From NCBI GenBank assembly GCA_002457605.1, contig NTJT01000002.1, positions 10,850-74,849 of the forward strand: DNA of 64,000 bases, in the 5' to 3' direction. Below are positions 35,403 to 43,741 of the stretch, piece after piece. Within the stretch, counting starts at the first letter, position 1, and each line of letters opens with the position of its first letter. Below the pieces are notes generated by a model. It made no database searches and had not been told where the DNA came from. It saw nothing but the letters and a program-made list of their open reading frames with translations. The translations under genes were made by a program, and so were the position numbers. The stretch comes from Marine Group II euryarchaeote MED-G34. Lineage in GTDB: Archaea; Thermoplasmatota; Poseidoniia; Poseidoniales; Thalassarchaeaceae.

Positions 35403-36818
35403 TCATCTGCCACGACCGCCGCCACCGGACCTACCGCCGCCACCGGAACTGCCGCCACCGGACCTACCGCCGCCACCTGACCTGCGGCCACCAGAGCTCC
35501 TAGTGACTCTGCTAGAACTTCTTCTGTGGCGTCTATGACGGTGGTGATGGCGTCTGCGGTGGAACCATGGTCTCCTGTGCCAAGGCCGATCGTAGTAACC
35601 CGGGTTGTCGTAGTACCTACCACCGCCCAACGAGAAATTCACGCTATTCCCTCCTACATCGAGATAGGCCAGTACAAGGACCACAATCAAGAGGATGAAC
35701 TGAATCACTCCACAGAAAAAGAAAGGAAAGAAAGAATCCCCACTATCAATTCGAACTTCGCTAGGATCCTCAATATTGTAGTGCAGTGTAACAAAACTCC
35801 CTATTGGCATAGTATTATCGACGTAATTCAAGCAGTCGTCTTCCGCACCATCGTAGTCGTCGTAAGTTCTAATCGGAAAATGATCCACCTCGGCGGAGTA
35901 GCTGGTATTGTCAACGGAGTATGAAACGTCTAAGTCGGCCCAACAATCCAGTTCGTACCAGTAGTCACAGTATTCATCTCCCCAATCATCCGTGTAGCAG
36001 TCTTTATGCTCCACCCAGTCGTATCCCGGATATTTCTCAAGGACTTCAGCTTCAGTTTCCGCCCATTCATCCTCCGCTCCCGCAGCAGCTACTCCCATGA
36101 ATGCGGTTGCAATGAGGCCGAGAGCGAGGACAATTGCTGCTACAGTGTAACCAGGATCCTCCAGAAGCCAGTGATCGGAACCTCCGCCGTATACCTTGGT
36201 TCCATCTGACTCCCCATCCGGGTTCAGAATTAGCATCCCATTCTCGTGTTTCCACTCAATGTGCTCGAGAAAACTCATTCCGAGAATACAGTATTCAGAA
36301 TCCCCCGTCCTTAGGGGGTTGATTAGCGCGTCAACGTTTTTTATCGCCATCTGACCAATTGTTATGTCAGGCAAAGTAGTCCTGTATCCCATCCCCGGGC
36401 CAGCTGCTGTCGTGGTCTCGATTGTTTCTCCTCGCCTCAGGTTGAATGTCTTCACCGTATCGATGACACCAAGCTTTTCCGGGACCGAGCAGTAACTCGC
36501 CCCGGTGTCCACCAGGAAATCTAGGTTCCCGATATTTCCAATACTCCCCTTGACGTAGAAGCACCCATTGGCATCGGGCTTCAGTATGAGCCTCTGTCCG
36601 ATGTATTCCACCGGGAAACCATCACCGGATTCTGACTCTTTCATAGTGCTGGGCGCGGGATCCGTAAATTCCGCCATCTTTTCTCGGTGCTCGGCCTCTG
36701 CCAATTCCTCCTCGCGTTGGAGGCGCTTGGCCTCAGCCTCATTCAGTAAATCCTCGACATCTTCCTTGGAGGTGTCAGAATCCTTGTCCCTCTTCCACCA
36801 CCGTTTATCTTCAGCCAT
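35403..36818 (-). CDS. Retropepsin-like aspartic protease domain + two-TM DUF3592-like module + Arg/His/Gly-rich tail
   Basis: 471 aa. FLVDTGASYCSVP (DTGAS) and ILGMSFL retropepsin motifs. TM helices at about aa 224-246 and 363-386 flank an acidic Cys-containing loop. The tail is RRRHHHRHRRHRRSSSRVTRSSGGRRSGGGGRSGGGSSGGGGRSGGGGRGR. Confidence 0.65.
   Translation of the reverse strand: MAEDKRWWKRDKDSDTSKEDVEDLLNEAEAKRLQREEELAEAEHREKMAEFTDPAPSTMKESESGDGFPVEYIGQRLILKPDANGCFYVKGSIGNIGNLDFLVDTGASYCSVPEKLGVIDTVKTFNLRRGETIETTTAAGPGMGYRTTLPDITIGQMAIKNVDALINPLRTGDSEYCILGMSFLEHIEWKHENGMLILNPDGESDGTKVYGGGSDHWLLEDPGYTVAAIVLALGLIATAFMGVAAAGAEDEWAETEAEVLEKYPGYDWVEHKDCYTDDWGDEYCDYWYELDCWADLDVSYSVDNTSYSAEVDHFPIRTYDDYDGAEDDCLNYVDNTMPIGSFVTLHYNIEDPSEVRIDSGDSFFPFFFCGVIQFILLIVVLVLAYLDVGGNSVNFSLGGGRYYDNPGYYDRPWHRRPWFHRRRHHHRHRRHRRSSSRVTRSSGGRRSGGGGRSGGGSSGGGGRSGGGGRGR
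35406..35579 (-). repeat. Low-complexity coding repeat (imperfect 15-18 nt units GCCGCCACCGGA(C/A)CT...) encoding the R/H/G-rich tail
   Basis: Units GCCGCCACCGGACCTACC / GCCGCCACCGGAACT / GCCGCCACCGGACCTACC / GCCGCCACCTGACCTGCG are visible at 35418-35486 on the + strand. Confidence 0.8.
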
Positions 36819-36876
36819 CGCAAGACCTCAGTTTCGTTGTGCGCTACTGCTAGGCGTGTTTCAATCTTGACCCGGA

Positions 36877-38427
36877 TTAGGCCGCAGTGTAGCCGCTACC
36901 ATCGTTTTCGACGTCACCGGTCTTCTGCAACTCCTTCAGATGGGACAGCGCTTGGTCCTGCGCCAGCAGGGGATGCGCCCCCGGGCTGTCCGAGTATGCC
37001 GCGCTGGCGATGCTGAGGATGTCCGAGTTACCCGCTCGTACCGCCTCGAGGACCTTCTGGTGCCTCGCCTTGCGGTGCTCGATGTACTCCGTCAGCACTC
37101 TCTCCGGGTTGGCGACTAGAGGGCCGTGACCAGGGAAGAGCACCTTGGGCTTCAGATCACGTATCCTCTCGAGGCCGGAGATGTAAGCGCCCATGTCACC
37201 CTCGCCTGAGGGAACTAGGATGGTGCCCACCAAGGTGCAGTTGTCTCCTGACACCACTCCGGACTCCCCGACTAGGCAGATCTGGCCAGGGCAGTGTCCA
37301 GGACTCTCTATGACCTCCCAGCGGGCACCTCCACTCGGTCCCTCAAGCACGAACGAGTTACCCTCGCTGAGCACGCGGTCAGTTTCACAGGGGGCAATTG
37401 ACGCTAGGGTCTCCTGACTGGCCCATATCGGGGCTTGGTAGATTTCCGAGATGCGAGCCAAATCCCCCACGTGGTCGGGGTGCCTGTGGGTGAAGATAGT
37501 GGCCGTGATGGAACTCCCGTCATCATGTATCTCCTGCACCTTGAGGGCCAATTCCTCGAGCCCCTCCTCGTCCCTAGATGCGGGATCAACAATGACGCGC
37601 TCTCCTCCCCTCTCTCCCAAGATGAAGCAGTTGGTGTGGGTGGCGGGAGGGAGCGTGTCCGTGGGGATCAGTACGCACTCTACCCCCGGGCCGTACTCGA
37701 AGCGATGCCTGCCGGAGGGCGGGTCAGCTGCCAGAGCGTCGCAAGCGGACTGCAAATCACCCTCATTCTCGATGGCCTCCACTAGGTCGCGCGCCAGTGT
37801 GACGAGGGGTGGAGGCAAACGAATCTCGTTGCTCTCCCAGGAAGCAATCAGGTCAGCGGGCCTCCACCAACGGAACTCGTCGAACTCGGAGCGGCCGGGA
37901 GGAAAGGTCGGAGTGACACCGGGGTTCCCGGTGGGCACGTGGAAGAACAGATTGTGGAATCTCGCTGGCGCCTGAGGAGGAGTAATTCTCTCGGTAATCA
38001 TCTCGCAGTGGAACCCGTCAGTAGTCAGCTCGCCCGACTCCATCGACTCCAGCCAGCCTGACTTGTCACTACAGACCAGTTTCCTGACTTCGGCGCTGAC
38101 CTCATAGAAACCGCCGCTGCCGTCAGGCGCGACACCCAACTCCTCAACTATCTCCCTTAGTAGTGCGAATGTGGAGACCCGATCGGCCCCCCTATCTGAG
38201 AGCCACTCTGGATGAGATTGGGCTGCAGCCTTGTCAACTCTGCTGATTCCGCCTCCCGGGAAGGCCCAGACGTCCGGGAAGGCGGGAAGCTCGGAGACGC
38301 GGTGCCCCAGCAGTATCTCGTGACCGTCGACACACTCTCTGCTGAGGATTACGGAGGCTGACGGATGAGGGGTTGTAATCTCGGATTCAGGCATATCCAT
38401 GCCCTCTGGCAACTCTCCCATATCCAT
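36877..38427 (-). CDS. Nudix-like domain fused to an MBL-fold metallo-hydrolase
   Basis: 516 aa. N-terminal WAFPGGGIS...(insertion)...LLREIVEELGV is a split Nudix box. C-terminal half has FTHRHPDHVGD (HxHxDH), SPGHCPG and FPGHGP metallo-beta-lactamase motifs. Confidence 0.75.
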   Translation of the reverse strand: MDMGELPEGMDMPESEITTPHPSASVILSRECVDGHEILLGHRVSELPAFPDVWAFPGGGISRVDKAAAQSHPEWLSDRGADRVSTFALLREIVEELGVAPDGSGGFYEVSAEVRKLVCSDKSGWLESMESGELTTDGFHCEMITERITPPQAPARFHNLFFHVPTGNPGVTPTFPPGRSEFDEFRWWRPADLIASWESNEIRLPPPLVTLARDLVEAIENEGDLQSACDALAADPPSGRHRFEYGPGVECVLIPTDTLPPATHTNCFILGERGGERVIVDPASRDEEGLEELALKVQEIHDDGSSITATIFTHRHPDHVGDLARISEIYQAPIWASQETLASIAPCETDRVLSEGNSFVLEGPSGGARWEVIESPGHCPGQICLVGESGVVSGDNCTLVGTILVPSGEGDMGAYISGLERIRDLKPKVLFPGHGPLVANPERVLTEYIEHRKARHQKVLEAVRAGNSDILSIASAAYSDSPGAHPLLAQDQALSHLKELQKTGDVENDGSGYTAA

Positions 38428-38495
38428 TCGACGAGGTGTGACGCTTCAACCTCGCTACAATAACGATTGAATACATAATCTAACCTTCGCAGAGC

Positions 38496-39344
38496 ATGGA
38501 CTCGTTTACCATCGCGAACACCAGCACTAGCACAGGTGAGAGATTGCATCAGGCCGAGATGCCAAGGTTCGGCTTGGGTGTCTACTTGATGGGTGAGCCA
38601 GGAGAATGCAAGTCGTCCGTGCTATACGCGCTTGAGCAGGGCTACAGGCTAATCGACACCGCGATGGCATACGGCAACGAGGATGAGGTAGGCCAAGCCA
38701 TCAGAGAGTCAGGAGTCCCCAGGGAGGACATCTTCGTAGTGACGAAGTTACGACAACCTCACGCCAACAGTCATGAAGAGACACTCCAGAGATGCCAGCA
38801 GAGCCTTGAGAACCTCGGTCTAGAATACATGGACCTATATTTGGTCCACGCACCACCTAAGGATCTCAATGCAAGGGCCCCAGTCTGGCAAGGTATGGAG
38901 GAGTGCCTGTCCAAGGGATGGACTCGCTCAATTGGAGTTAGTAACTACGGGGCACATCACCTGGATGCGATGATTTCGTATGCCACGGTGATGCCTTCTG
39001 TCAACCAGATAGAGATCAACCCGTGGCTGCAGCGGCCAGCACTACGAGCAGCTACAGAAGGCATAGGAGCGAAGGTAATGGCCTATTCTCCACTCGCTCG
39101 TGGTCACAAGTTGACAGATCCGGGGATATCCGGGATTGCAGTTTCTCTGGGTTGCACGCCAGCGCAAGCCGCCATCAAGTGGTGCTTTGATGTCGGCGCA
39201 ATCACTATTCCAAAGTCTAGTAAGCCAAACAGAATCTCTGAGAATCTGGATTCTCTGGAGTTCGACCTTTCGGGAACCGAGGAGGAGTTTGCTGCTCTTG
39301 AGGAGTCATATGTTTCGGGATGGGATCCTACTTCGGAGCCGTGA
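38496..39344 (+). CDS. Aldo/keto reductase (2,5-diketo-D-gluconate reductase-like)
   Basis: 282 aa. GYRLIDTAMAYGNE, VTKL, LEYMDLYLVHAP, IGVSNY and NQIEINPWL blocks. Confidence 0.92.
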   Translation: MDSFTIANTSTSTGERLHQAEMPRFGLGVYLMGEPGECKSSVLYALEQGYRLIDTAMAYGNEDEVGQAIRESGVPREDIFVVTKLRQPHANSHEETLQRCQQSLENLGLEYMDLYLVHAPPKDLNARAPVWQGMEECLSKGWTRSIGVSNYGAHHLDAMISYATVMPSVNQIEINPWLQRPALRAATEGIGAKVMAYSPLARGHKLTDPGISGIAVSLGCTPAQAAIKWCFDVGAITIPKSSKPNRISENLDSLEFDLSGTEEEFAALEESYVSGWDPTSEP

Positions 39345-39348
39345 GGCC

Positions 39349-39528
39349 ATGAAGCCCCCAGAGACAATCGAGGAAGAACTCGCGATTATCGCCGAGGCTA
39401 TCGAGGCAGGAATCGATCCATTCCCTCCTGAGAAAGTGCCCAGCAAATGGGTTAAGACCGCATTAGGGTGGTTCATGATAATCATCATGGTGAGTTGGGT
39501 CTCTGACATTCTTTACCGCTCTCTGTGA
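39349..39528 (+). CDS. Possible small membrane protein (hypothetical)
   Basis: 59 aa from ATG 39349, 2 nt after the AKR stop. Acidic N-terminus and one C-terminal TM (ALGWFMIIIMVSWVSDILY). No family recognised. Confidence 0.3.
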   Translation: MKPPETIEEELAIIAEAIEAGIDPFPPEKVPSKWVKTALGWFMIIIMVSWVSDILYRSL

Positions 39529-39536
39529 TGCGGTAA

Positions 39537-39612
39537 TGGTAGTCCCTCCCGGATTCGAACCAGGGTCGTGGGATCCAGAACCCCACATGATGGACCACTA
39601 CACTAAGGGACT
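39537..39612 (-). tRNA. tRNA-Gln (CUG), CCA encoded
   Basis: The reverse complement AGTCCCTTAGTGTAGTGGTCCATCATGTGGGGTTCTGGATCCCACGACCCTGGTTCGAATCCGGGAGGGACTACCA folds as a cloverleaf. Anticodon loop TTCTGGA. A1:U72, typical of archaeal tRNA-Gln. Confidence 0.9.
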
Positions 39613-39670
39613 ATTGGGTGACGGAGTCGGATTCGCTATTTCAACGAATCCGACATCTGAAAGAAGTCAC

Positions 39671-40705
39671 TCAGGCCCCACGGAAGGCCGCGTTGATGCT
39701 TGCAAGCTCGGCCTCGCTGGGGCGCATCTCGGATTCACTCAGGGCTGAAAGTGGAGTCTCGGTAAGTCCGAGCCCCTCGTCGGCGGTCTCCATGCTGTCA
39801 TCGTAGTACAGCAGACCGGTCACGTGTTTATTCTCACCTTCCGCTTTGTGAATCGCTGATAGCGCAGAGACAGCGTCTGACGGGTCATGATTCTCGTCTA
39901 ATGTCTCCAGTCGCAGAGTAGAACCGTCAAACATCTCGATGTCATCATATTCGCCCTCTGGAATGTCGACCTCCTCCAGAGGGGTGAAGTGAGGGATGTA
40001 ATCTAGCATGTGTAGGACCTCGTCATTCTCCTTGACGTAATTGTAGGACTTGTATGATTCATCGTTGTTGGCGAAGGTGACGCACGGTGAGATGATGTCA
40101 ATGACCGCCATTCCTCGGTGACCCATCGCCGCACGAATTAGGGAAGTCAGTTGCTTCTTGCTACCTGAGAATGAACGCGCGACGAAACTGCATCCGAGGT
40201 TGATGGCCATCGCGCACAGGTCAATCGGAGGCTGCACGTTGGTCGTCCCTTTCTTCTTCTTGGATCCCTTCTCTACAGTGGCACTGTATTGCCCTTTGGT
40301 CAGACCGTATACTCCGTTATTCTCAATGATGTAGACCATGTCGAGGTTGCGCCTAATCGCGTGGACGAACTGTCCGATACCGATACTGGCAGTATCTCCG
40401 TCGCCCGAGACAGCGATGAAGGCCAGACTCTTGTTGACCATACTGGCACCGGTCGTGACAGAGGGCATCCTACCGTGTACGGTGTTGAAACCATGACTCT
40501 TACCGAGAAAGTAGGCTGGAGTTTTGGAAGAGCAACCGATTCCACTCATCTTGGCGATGCCCTCGGGAGGAATCCCGTTCTCCCACGCTGCCTGGATGAT
40601 GACATTGGAAATCTGGTCATGGCCGCATCCGGGACACAGTGACGACTTGCCTCCAGTGTATTCCGACTTCTCTAAGTCGATTACGTTGAGTTTTATGTTG
40701 CTCAT
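39671..40705 (-). CDS. korB: 2-oxoacid:ferredoxin oxidoreductase, beta subunit
   Basis: 344 aa. CPGCGH, and the TPP-binding GDGD...IENNGVYGLTKGQ block. Overlaps the alpha subunit gene by 4 nt. Confidence 0.92.
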   Translation of the reverse strand: MSNIKLNVIDLEKSEYTGGKSSLCPGCGHDQISNVIIQAAWENGIPPEGIAKMSGIGCSSKTPAYFLGKSHGFNTVHGRMPSVTTGASMVNKSLAFIAVSGDGDTASIGIGQFVHAIRRNLDMVYIIENNGVYGLTKGQYSATVEKGSKKKKGTTNVQPPIDLCAMAINLGCSFVARSFSGSKKQLTSLIRAAMGHRGMAVIDIISPCVTFANNDESYKSYNYVKENDEVLHMLDYIPHFTPLEEVDIPEGEYDDIEMFDGSTLRLETLDENHDPSDAVSALSAIHKAEGENKHVTGLLYYDDSMETADEGLGLTETPLSALSESEMRPSEAELASINAAFRGA

Positions 40706-42504
40706 ACAGTAACCTCCAACGTTTCAAGAATCTTGTCGGCGTAGACACGTGCGCGAGGAGGGATGCCATCAGTATAGGCCACACTATGAAGGCGAGAGAG
40801 AAGATGTACCGGCAGCTCCTTGCGCAAAATACCGTAGAGTTGCCCATCTCGATTTATCTCGAGGATGATGACTTTGTCATGCCTCTCGATGAAGCCCTCG
40901 ACCTCTGAGTGGTAGGGTAGGGCCCTGACACGGCAGGTACTGACTGACAGACCGGTCGATTCCAGCATGTCATCAATCTCAGTGATGGAGTTCTCCATTG
41001 AGCCGTAGTAGACTATTCCGATTTGCTGCTCTTCCTCTTCTCTGATAATCGGGACAGGAAGCAGGTCACGAGCGCCGTCAATCTTCTTGCGCAAGCGCGT
41101 GATGGTAGCATAGTAGACATCCGGATCCTCTGAGTAGATGCCATCCTCGTCGTGCCCTGTTCCTCGATAGAGAATGGGATCAAGGCCGCTGCCAGGTAGA
41201 GTTCTGTATGGAATACCGTCTCCATCAACGTCTCTGTAGCGACCGTAGTTCACTATTGCTTCGACTTCTTCTTGGGTACGCAGTACCTTGCCTCGATCCA
41301 TCGGAGAATCTGGGTACTGAAATCCCGCTGTGGACCAGTTATTCATTCCGAGATCGAGATCGCTGAAACCGAAAACAATGGTCTGAAACCTCTCAGCGTA
41401 GTCAAAGACTTTCCAGCCGTATTCGAAGCACTCGTCGACGGTACCAGGAATCAACACGATGTGCTGGGTATCTCCATGACTGGCTTCGTAAAGCATCGAC
41501 AGATCACCTTGCTGGGTGCGAGTCGGAAGGCCGGTAGAAGGGCCGACCCTGTTGACATCCCAGATAACACCGGGCACCTCTGCGAAGTAGGCCAGCCCGA
41601 TGAACTCGGACATCAGTGAAATACCCGGGCCACTAGTGCAGGTCATCCCACGGCCGCCCGCCCAACCGGCGCCGATTACCATGCCAGCGGCGGCTAACTC
41701 GTCCTCGGCCTGAATTACGGCGCATGTCGCACCACCATCATCACCTTCTCTGAGTTTTGGCAACCAATCAATGATACTCTCAGCCAGGGATGAAGAGGGA
41801 GTGATTGGATACCATGAGAGCATATTCACTCCGCCAAAAATTGAACCCAGTGCTACAGCCTCATTGCCTTCCACTAGGAATGTATCTGGATTCTTGTCGC
41901 GAGCCTCGACGCAATATGGTATGGGGCCTTCCCAGTTCTCTGCGGCATAGGCGCGACCCTCGCTAATGGCCCTCTGATTCAATTCGATGGCTTTCTCCTT
42001 GCCCTTGAACTGGTTTTTCAGGGACTCGTCGATTGCAGTTGCATCGATTTCCAGCAGATGGGCGAGTGCTCCGACATAGTACATATTGCACATCAAGCGA
42101 GCTAGTTTTGGATTGATTCCCCTAGCCATCTTAGTCATCGGCATACCGTATGAGGGACAGTCATCCCTGTCTACAGGGAGTTTGGCATCCTCGTTGTAAA
42201 TCACGATAGTTCCGGGCTCAATAAGCGCGAGGTCCTTGTGCCACGTGTCCTTGTTCATCAAGACCTGGATGTGCGCCTTGTCACCTGGTGCCTGATAGCC
42301 TCGATCACTCGCGCGGATAATGAACCAAGTTGGAAGTCCTGAGATATTGCTTGGGAAGAGATTCTTCCCACTAACTGGAACGCCCATCTGGAACATCGAA
42401 TTGAGCACAATCAGGTTAGCGGACTGGGAACCTGTCCCATTCGCTGTTGCTATATTGATAGTGAAGTCGTTGCAGATACGCTCCATCGTTTCCTGCTTCT
42501 CCAT
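40702..42504 (-). CDS. korA: 2-oxoacid:ferredoxin oxidoreductase, alpha (fused gamma-alpha) subunit
   Basis: About 600 aa. N-terminal INIATANGTGSQSANL (gamma-like), then GWAGGRGMTCTSGPGISLMSE and VIWDVNRVGPSTGLPTRTQQGD. ATG 42504 preferred; GTG 42522 is the alternative. Confidence 0.92.
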   Translation of the reverse strand: MEKQETMERICNDFTINIATANGTGSQSANLIVLNSMFQMGVPVSGKNLFPSNISGLPTWFIIRASDRGYQAPGDKAHIQVLMNKDTWHKDLALIEPGTIVIYNEDAKLPVDRDDCPSYGMPMTKMARGINPKLARLMCNMYYVGALAHLLEIDATAIDESLKNQFKGKEKAIELNQRAISEGRAYAAENWEGPIPYCVEARDKNPDTFLVEGNEAVALGSIFGGVNMLSWYPITPSSSLAESIIDWLPKLREGDDGGATCAVIQAEDELAAAGMVIGAGWAGGRGMTCTSGPGISLMSEFIGLAYFAEVPGVIWDVNRVGPSTGLPTRTQQGDLSMLYEASHGDTQHIVLIPGTVDECFEYGWKVFDYAERFQTIVFGFSDLDLGMNNWSTAGFQYPDSPMDRGKVLRTQEEVEAIVNYGRYRDVDGDGIPYRTLPGSGLDPILYRGTGHDEDGIYSEDPDVYYATITRLRKKIDGARDLLPVPIIREEEEQQIGIVYYGSMENSITEIDDMLESTGLSVSTCRVRALPYHSEVEGFIERHDKVIILEINRDGQLYGILRKELPVHLLSRLHSVAYTDGIPPRARVYADKILETLEVTV

Positions 42505-42604
42505 GGTTCGGCTCGGCACCACCTAGGGGTTCGCGCAAGATGACCCGGTAATAATCCGGTATTAGCCGTTACCGTTACCAACTCACAGGATTCGGGACGA
42601 TTGC

Positions 42605-43708
42605 GTGTCCGTTGGCATTTTGAATGAGTTCGCTTTCCGCCGCCATATGCCCATCCCCGAGGCGCTACAGATTGCATGGTCCGAGGCCACCGCCCTGACC
42701 GAATCCGGAGAGCCGGAGAAAGCCTTGGAACTGCTGCGATCCGTAGCTTGGGATGCATGTCAGAACGGTGCTCAGAAGGCGAGGACCCTGCGCTTCGCAG
42801 CTGATGCAGGTACGGCCCTCGGAGAACAAGATACTGCCAACCAGAAGCGCCATTGGCAGCGTGCCCACAAGAACTACCGCAAGGCGCTAAACTTCGACCC
42901 TAAGGACAAGGAGACTAGGCGGCGCATGAACAAACTCGCTTCGATGATGGATGAGCAGGCAGTCTCCTTGGGTCTTGGCTTGCAAATCTTCGACGAAGGA
43001 AACCCGACTCCAGTGGGGATGGTTGCATTCTTAGTGGCCTTCATGCTGGTGCTGGTCTCGTTCAAGGTGATTCCAGATTTCTTTGACACACCCGAGGAAA
43101 ACCCTGTGGTCACCCTTGAGATATCGTACATGCCATCTGGAAGCAACGAGAGGGTCACAGCGTTAGTCGAGATTGAACTCTATCCAGAAGATGCACCGCT
43201 TCACGTCGAAAACTTCCTCCTCCTCGCTGAAGAATTTAGGTACGACTTCACAGAGTTCCACAGAATCATCGATGATTTCATGATTCAAGGAGGCGACTTC
43301 GGTTCTGGAGGACATACCGCGAAGTGGTACGGTTACTGCAACGGTGACGAGTTTGACCACTCAGGAAATAGACACAGTTCCGATTCATGTAACCAAGTAG
43401 ACTGGTCTCTTCCAGGGGAGCACACTAACGGCCTCAAGCACATCCCAGGTGCACTAGCTGCGGCCCACGCAGGACTCAACACGGATGGCAGCCAGTTCTA
43501 CATCGTTCCAGGAGATAGCACCCCTTCCTGGCTCGATTGGGAACCTGGAAAGGATTGCGCGGCTCAATCCTGCCATACAGTCTACGGTCAGGTAATCAGC
43601 GGCTTGGACCATGTCACAGCTATCAGTGAGGTCCAGACAAGTGGATCAAGTGGGGGAGACAGTCCTCTGAACGAGGTCCGCTTGATGCATGTCACCGTGA
43701 ATGATTGA
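42605..43708 (+). CDS. Membrane-anchored cyclophilin-type peptidyl-prolyl isomerase with N-terminal TPR-like region
   Basis: 367 aa. TM VGMVAFLVAFMLVLVSF. Cyclophilin core FHRIIDDFMIQGGD...GALAAAHAGLNTDGSQFYIV...VYGQVISGLDHV, with an inserted Cys-containing loop. Confidence 0.88.
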   Translation: MSVGILNEFAFRRHMPIPEALQIAWSEATALTESGEPEKALELLRSVAWDACQNGAQKARTLRFAADAGTALGEQDTANQKRHWQRAHKNYRKALNFDPKDKETRRRMNKLASMMDEQAVSLGLGLQIFDEGNPTPVGMVAFLVAFMLVLVSFKVIPDFFDTPEENPVVTLEISYMPSGSNERVTALVEIELYPEDAPLHVENFLLLAEEFRYDFTEFHRIIDDFMIQGGDFGSGGHTAKWYGYCNGDEFDHSGNRHSSDSCNQVDWSLPGEHTNGLKHIPGALAAAHAGLNTDGSQFYIVPGDSTPSWLDWEPGKDCAAQSCHTVYGQVISGLDHVTAISEVQTSGSSGGDSPLNEVRLMHVTVND

Positions 43709-43741
43709 GCATCTAACGCAATTTAGTAATGGGTCAACTTC

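Noticed and set aside
35384-35623. 79-aa same-strand alternative frame over the RGG-tail repeat (…AAVGPVAAVPVAAVGPVAAV…)
   Set aside because: It is a frame-shifted reading of the GCCGCCACCGGA repeat. The frame continuous with the upstream protease/TM domains is preferred, but the repeat is a place where a sequencing frameshift could hide.
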